32,000 bases of DNA from Gemmata obscuriglobus (GTDB lineage: Bacteria; Planctomycetota; Planctomycetia; Gemmatales; Gemmataceae), in contig NZ_CP042911.1 of assembly GCF_008065095.1 (NCBI RefSeq), positions 4,980,001-5,012,000 of the forward strand. Direction: 5' to 3'. The notes beneath the pieces were generated by a model. The model did no database searches. It was not told the DNA's origin and worked only from the letters and a program-made list of their open reading frames with translations. Positions within the stretch are counted from its first letter, which is position 1. The number at the start of each line of letters is the position of its first letter. Both the position numbers and the translations under genes were made by a program. Below are positions 27,549 to 32,000 of the stretch, piece after piece.

Positions 27549-28910
27549 TCAACTCGCCGGGTACGTGTGTGCTCCGGGCCATGTGATGCGATCAAAGAGC
27601 GCCCACAACTTCCGCCCGCGCACCGGGTTCACCCCCGCAACGTATGCCACCCGGCCGGCGAGGTGCGAGCGAAAGTCCGGGTGTCCGCTTCGGTTCTGAT
27701 CGGCGGGGCCGTGCCGCACGCAGTTGGTCAGAATTGCTTTCAGCCGGTCGAACTCGGCGCGCGGCACGTTGGGCCGCTGGTTCACCACAACCCCCGTCAC
27801 GGTCTGCCGCCCGCCGCCCCCCATCACCCGGGTTTTCCCGCGGTTAAGAGCAAAGCCCTCTTCTGCGGCGATGAGCGTGACCCGTCGAACGAACCGTGCG
27901 GCGTTCCGGCGCAAGAGTTCACCGCCGGAGAACGTGAGATCATCGGCGTAGCGTGTGTACGTCGCCCCGCACGCGGCGGCGAGCCCGGCCAGTCGCCGAT
28001 CCAGCCGCAACGCGACCAAGTTTGCCAGTGCCGGAGAGGTGGGCGCGCCTTGGGGGAGGTGTCGCGATGTGAGCCGGGCACGGGTGGCGTGCTCGGAACC
28101 GTCGTTCAGCGGGTTCGGGCGTTCGTTCCAGTCGTTGGAAGCCAGGCGCGTCGTGCAGAGGCCGGACAACAGCCGCGCGACCGACTCGCGGTAGCCGAGT
28201 GCGAGGAACAGCGCGAGAACGCGCCCGACGGGCACTGACGCGAAGAAGTCGGTGAGGTCGAAGCGGATCACGATCGCGTGGCCGCAGTGCGGGGTCGCGT
28301 TGGTAACGATCGAGCGCCCCGGTCGGAACCCGTGAACGGCCGGGTGCGGTGGAACGTGGTTCAAAAGGTCCGCCAGCAGCTTTCGCTGAACCCGTTTGAG
28401 CGGCGGAACGGGGATTTCGAGCAGTCGGGCGCGCCCCTTGGGTTTCGGCACCCAGCGCACGCGATACGACCGCACGCCCTTGCTGATGGCGTTCCGCCCA
28501 GCCGGGTCCGCGAGCCAGAGCAGATGGCCGACCGGAACGCCGAGCCATTCGGCGAGCGCCGGCTCGTTGGGTAACACGGGGAGACCGCTGGCCCAGTCGG
28601 GGCGCGGGCGGGGCGGCGGTTCCGGCGGCGCAAAGATGTGCCACACGGGGAACCGATCCGCCGGATACCGTGCGGTCGCCAGCGCGGCCAGCGCACGCAC
28701 GAACCCCGGATCACGGCCAAGAAACGCGAGCAGTTCGTTGAACGTTGGCGGGGTGGCGTGTGCGGTGTGGACCCGCTTTGCGAACCGCGGCGTCCAGCCG
28801 AACCGCTTTCCCGTTGCCCGGTAGACGGAGGTGCGGAGCCCCGCGACGCTCCATTCGCCAGCCAGCAGCGCCGCCGCGAGGTTGCTCACGAATCGGTTCG
28901 CGGTCATCAC
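27549..28910 (-). CDS. retron-type reverse transcriptase with ~100-aa N-terminal extension
   Basis: RT motifs in order: KPKGRARLLEIP, HGFRPGRSIVTNATPH (NAxxH), IRFDLTDFF, LPQGAPTSPALANL, YTRYADDLTFS, LNRGKTRV and TVTGVVVN (VTG), followed by a ~85-aa C-terminal tail. There is a GTG at 28910 and an ATG at 28907. Confidence 0.9.
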   Translation of the reverse strand: MMTANRFVSNLAAALLAGEWSVAGLRTSVYRATGKRFGWTPRFAKRVHTAHATPPTFNELLAFLGRDPGFVRALAALATARYPADRFPVWHIFAPPEPPPRPRPDWASGLPVLPNEPALAEWLGVPVGHLLWLADPAGRNAISKGVRSYRVRWVPKPKGRARLLEIPVPPLKRVQRKLLADLLNHVPPHPAVHGFRPGRSIVTNATPHCGHAIVIRFDLTDFFASVPVGRVLALFLALGYRESVARLLSGLCTTRLASNDWNERPNPLNDGSEHATRARLTSRHLPQGAPTSPALANLVALRLDRRLAGLAAACGATYTRYADDLTFSGGELLRRNAARFVRRVTLIAAEEGFALNRGKTRVMGGGGRQTVTGVVVNQRPNVPRAEFDRLKAILTNCVRHGPADQNRSGHPDFRSHLAGRVAYVAGVNPVRGRKLWALFDRITWPGAHTYPAS

Positions 28911-28926
28911 GTTCGTGGTCAGAGGG

Positions 28927-29091
28927 CCGCGAGCGGGCCGACGAATCCCGTCCTGCGCGACAAGACGGGCGTGGAAGCGCCCCTACTGTCGCGCGCTCAA
29001 TCCTCAGGCATCGAACGACCCCGGGGTAGCCCCGGAGCAACAGCTCGCGCTCGTTGAGAGCGTTTCACCGTTGTGCTCGGCCCGCTCGCGG
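28927..29091 (-). ncRNA. candidate retron msr-msd non-coding RNA
   Basis: A perfect 15-bp inverted repeat (29091-29077 ccgcgagcgggccga; 28941-28927 tcggcccgctcgcgg, minus-strand reading) brackets 135 nt. An unpaired G at 29076 in an AGC context follows the 5' arm directly. There are two stem-loops in the 5' half and a hairpin in the 3' half. The 3' arm ends 16 nt before the RT start. Confidence 0.45.
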
Positions 29092-29134
29092 TGTTTGGGA
29101 TGTTGCCGTCCGGGCGGGGCGGCGGCAATCTCGG

Positions 29135-29311
29135 TTACTCCTTGTTCTCTTTTTCCGCTTCCTTCTTCACGTACTCCTTAAACGCCGCCATGTTGTAGCT
29201 GATGAACAAGAACGTGTGGTGCAGCGCCTGGTACGTCTCGTCTTCGGGATCGTCGGCGTAATCCTTCCGCAGCGCATAAAGCTTCGCGAGCAACTGGTCG
29301 GCGTTCATCAT
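29135..29311 (-). CDS. hypothetical small acidic protein (58 aa), absent from the ORF track
   Basis: ATG ATG ... TAA encodes MMNADQLLAKLYALRKDYADDPEDETYQALHHTFLFISYNMAAFKEYVKKEAEKENKE. By my count 49 of 58 codons end in G/C while overall GC is only ~52 percent, a strong coding signature for this genome. Confidence 0.55.
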   Translation of the reverse strand: MMNADQLLAKLYALRKDYADDPEDETYQALHHTFLFISYNMAAFKEYVKKEAEKENKE

Positions 29312-29460
29312 CGCACCGGTTCCGGTCGGGTTGGTTCAACTCAGGGGGCGTCACAGCCGATGGGGATTCTACCCATCTTGACGCGCCCCGGCGCCGGTGT
29401 TACCGTTCCACGCCGCACGCCCAGGGACGGGCGCGCAGACCGAACGGCGAAGGCGCATTG

Positions 29461-30861
29461 ATGGTTCGTCGAGTCAGTCAGTCGCTGGTCGCGTGGTTCC
29501 TGCTCTGGGACCTCACCCTCACCGCCGCCGGGTGGCTGGCCGCGTACTACGTGCGGTTCCACACCGGTCTCTTCTCCGTTCATCGCGGCGTACCCGATTT
29601 TGCCCTGTACCTGCGCGCGCTCCCGTTGATCCTGCTCGCCGGGGCGATCACCTACCGGTTCGCCGGGATGTACGAGATTCATCGGTTGCGCCGGTTCCGC
29701 GAAGAACTCGCCGCGGTCGGAAAGGGCGTCGGGCTGATGGCGCTGGTGGTGATGGCGATCAGCTTCGCCCGGCACGCGCAGCACGAGTCGCGCGGCGCCA
29801 TGGTGATGTTTACCGTCGTCACCTTGCTCACGCTCCTGGTAGTGCGGCGGATCAGTTGGCTCGGGATCAGGCAGCTCCGCGCCCGGGGCGTGAACCAGAG
29901 TCACGCGCTGGTCGTCGGCACCGGGCGGCTCGCCCGGCGCACCGTGCGCACCCTGCACTCCGTGTCGTGGTCGGGCATCCAGCCCGTCGGCTACGTCGAG
30001 GACGACGCGCACCGCGGGGCGGGCGCCGACCTGCCGGTGCTCGGGGGCCTCGCGGAACTGCCGGAATTGGTCGAGCGGCACCACATTGAGCACGTCTTCG
30101 TCGCGCTGCCGTTGAACCGCTACGCGGACGCCCGGCGGGTGTTCGCCGCGCTCTCACAGACCGTTGTGGACGTGCAACTCATCGCCGACCTGCCCGCGAT
30201 GGCCGGGATGACGTTCACCACCACGCAGATCCACGGGATGACGGTGATCGGGCTGCGCGAGAACCCGCACCACGGGCTCAACATGGTCGTGAAGCGCGTC
30301 ATGGACGTGATCCTGGCGTGCGTGGCGATCGTGCTGCTGGCCCCGCTGATGGGGTTCATCGCGCTGCTCGTCAAGCTGACCAGCCCGGGGCCTCTGCTGT
30401 ACCGGCAGGAGCGGTGCGGGCTGAACGGCCGCTCGTTCATGATGCTCAAGTTCCGCAGCATGCGGGTCGACGCCGAGGCGGCCGGCCCGCAGATGACGGG
30501 CGCCAACGACCCGCGGCGCACCCGGCTCGGAACGGTCATGCGGGCCACCAACCTCGACGAGCTGCCGCAGTTCTTTAACGTGCTGTGGGGCGACATGAGC
30601 ATCGTCGGGCCGCGGCCCGAGCGGCCGGTGTTCGTGAGCAAGTTCGCCAAGACCATTCCGAACTACAACGCCCGCCACGCGGTGAAGGCCGGCATCACCG
30701 GCTGGGCGCAGGTGAACGGCTGGCGCGGCAACTCGTCGCTCCGCAAGCGCGTGCAGTTCGACCTGTACTACATCAGCCACTGGAACCCGCTGTTCGACCT
30801 CCGCATCATTTTCCTGACCGTGTGGCGAATGCTGTTCTCGAAGCAGAAACACGCCTACTGA
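29461..30861 (+). CDS. polyprenyl-phosphate hexose-1-phosphate transferase (WcaJ/EpsB-like bacterial sugar transferase)
   Basis: N-terminal TM segments, then PGPLLYRQERCGLNGRSFMMLKFRSM, DELPQFFNVLWGDMSIVGPRPERP and GITGWAQVNG. The tracked start at 29458 is TTG; the ATG is at 29461. Confidence 0.9.
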   Translation: MVRRVSQSLVAWFLLWDLTLTAAGWLAAYYVRFHTGLFSVHRGVPDFALYLRALPLILLAGAITYRFAGMYEIHRLRRFREELAAVGKGVGLMALVVMAISFARHAQHESRGAMVMFTVVTLLTLLVVRRISWLGIRQLRARGVNQSHALVVGTGRLARRTVRTLHSVSWSGIQPVGYVEDDAHRGAGADLPVLGGLAELPELVERHHIEHVFVALPLNRYADARRVFAALSQTVVDVQLIADLPAMAGMTFTTTQIHGMTVIGLRENPHHGLNMVVKRVMDVILACVAIVLLAPLMGFIALLVKLTSPGPLLYRQERCGLNGRSFMMLKFRSMRVDAEAAGPQMTGANDPRRTRLGTVMRATNLDELPQFFNVLWGDMSIVGPRPERPVFVSKFAKTIPNYNARHAVKAGITGWAQVNGWRGNSSLRKRVQFDLYYISHWNPLFDLRIIFLTVWRMLFSKQKHAY

Positions 30862-30982
30862 GTGAAACGTCCGTTCCGGAGTGGCGTCGTAATCGCGCCG
30901 CACGGGTGTTAGTACCGGCGTTCGGTTCGCGGTATCATCTCCGTGTGGAAGTGGTCACGTCTTACCTCCGGAGCGATCCGAA

Positions 30983-32000
30983 ATGCGCACACCTCTGCCC
31001 CTGGTCGCGCCGTTAATCTTCCTGCTCGCCAGTCCTGCGGTGAGTCGCGCGCAACCGGCACCGACGCTCGGCACGGTCCCGACGGATTCGTTCGGGTTCC
31101 TGACGGTCAACGTCGGCAAGTTGTGGGAAAACCCCGGTTTCAAGCCACTCCGCGCGTGGTTCGAGGCGCAGAAATCCGGCCCCACCGACGAACTCTTCGG
31201 CCTGCCTGTCGGGGACATCGAGCGCATCACACTGTTCCTGCCGACGGCCGATCGGCGCCCGCTTGCGGGGGCACTGATCACCACCAAGCAGCCGCTCAAC
31301 GAGGCCAAAGTCATCAAGTCCCTTGGATCGGACGGCGGCCCCCCGCGCCGGTCCGGGAACGCGGTGCGGTTCCAGTCCGGCCGGTTCGACACGCTCATTT
31401 TCGGCGACGAGCGCACGCTCCTGTTCCTGAAAACGGACGGCGAATTGGGGGTGGCGGGTCTGCTCGGGCAGGTGCTGGCGAAGCGGACCGACGGGCCGCT
31501 CGCGGACGCGCTGGCCGGCGCCGCGAAGCACGACTTCGCGTTCGCCCTCGACGGACGCCCGCTCGCCACGTTGCTGCAGGCCGATCGCGAACCGGAACTG
31601 GCCCCGTACCTGGCACTCTTCAGCGCCAGGACGATCACCTTCGCGGCCGACTTCGACAAGACCGCCCGCGGCACGTTCAAGATGACCTTCGCGGACGAGG
31701 CGGGCGCGAAGCGGGCGGCGCCGGTTCTGAAGGAAGGCATCGCGGACATCATCGGCGTGTTCGAGAAAGGGATTCTGGGTAAGGGCCAGTTGGAACCCGC
31801 CGAGCGCGCCTACTTCGAGAACGTGGTTGCCGTACTCAAGGCCGCGAAGGTGGAATCATCAGGTTCAAGTGTTGTTGCCACTGCCGATTTGCCGCATCTG
31901 GACGCGGTCGCGAAACTGGCGGCCGTGCTACCGAAATCGTACGCGGGGGCGGTTGACAGCCGCCGCGGGCAGAACAACCTCAAGCAACTCGCGCTGGCGT
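30983..32000 (+). CDS. secreted hypothetical protein with DUF1559-like motif near the window edge (partial, continues downstream)
   Basis: Frame 2 is open from the ATG at 30983 to the window end, checked codon by codon. GGAG lies 9 nt upstream. The signal peptide is MRTPLPLVAPLIFLLASPAVSRA. It ends ...DSRRGQNNLKQLALA. It is not in the ORF track because no stop lies in the window. Confidence 0.7.
   Translation, partial: MRTPLPLVAPLIFLLASPAVSRAQPAPTLGTVPTDSFGFLTVNVGKLWENPGFKPLRAWFEAQKSGPTDELFGLPVGDIERITLFLPTADRRPLAGALITTKQPLNEAKVIKSLGSDGGPPRRSGNAVRFQSGRFDTLIFGDERTLLFLKTDGELGVAGLLGQVLAKRTDGPLADALAGAAKHDFAFALDGRPLATLLQADREPELAPYLALFSARTITFAADFDKTARGTFKMTFADEAGAKRAAPVLKEGIADIIGVFEKGILGKGQLEPAERAYFENVVAVLKAAKVESSGSSVVATADLPHLDAVAKLAAVLPKSYAGAVDSRRGQNNLKQLALA

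Noticed and set aside
27549-28910. RT as a group II intron maturase or a diversity-generating retroelement RT
   Set aside because: There is no maturase X or endonuclease region, and no intron domain V/VI-like RNA flanking it. No template/variable repeat pair was seen nearby. Motif 4 is QGAPTSP (retron-like), and the NAxxH and VTG signatures favour the retron lineage.
27495-29460. Direct repeats or att-like sites flanking the RT module that would show it is a discrete insertion
   Set aside because: Only a 6-nt match (cgcacc at ~27543 and 29312) was found, which is not meaningful. RT codon composition looks like that of the host, so recent horizontal insertion cannot be supported from this window.
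30943-31782. 279-aa plus-strand and 265-aa minus-strand ORFs after the sugar transferase
   Set aside because: They are shadows of the frame-2 gene starting at 30983. That gene has an RBS, a signal peptide and normal amino-acid composition, whereas the shadows are Arg/Gly/Ala-rich.

Overview
High-GC bacterial chromosomal window. The lineage call of Planctomycetota, Gemmata-like, is inference from gene content only: a TAT-signal DUF1501 protein, a DUF1559-like QNNLKQLALA motif and a stand-alone Ser/Thr kinase. Most of the window is housekeeping. It holds rsmE, a kinase, accD-pgk-gap on the minus strand, divergent mdh, a TetR/MFP/RND efflux cluster, DUF2237, a YpfJ-like Zn peptidase, a flavin reductase, DUF1501, an MFS transporter, an AI-2E transporter, folD, a CobB-type sirtuin, a phosphohexomutase and a polyprenyl-phosphate sugar transferase. 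Many long ORFs in the track (1087, 821, 666 and 542 aa, among others) are antisense or off-frame shadows typical of high-GC DNA and are not called. Four things stand out. (1) A retron-like module lies on the minus strand at 27549-29311. It has a reverse transcriptase with retron signatures (NAxxH, VTG, YADD) and a ~100-aa N-terminal extension. Upstream of it is a 165-nt structured region bounded by a perfect 15-bp inverted repeat, with an AGC candidate branching G at the expected place. Upstream of that is an untracked 58-aa ORF. No recognisable retron effector gene is adjacent. (2) An IS630-family element (TA duplication, 17-bp terminal IRs, A8 -1 frameshift site) precisely splits a small alpha/beta hydrolase gene. 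(3) A 164-bp MITE-like nested palindrome sits between the MFP and RND pump genes. (4) A perfect 26-bp hairpin lies in a ~1-kb gene-poor spacer. No rRNA, tRNA or CRISPR array was seen.
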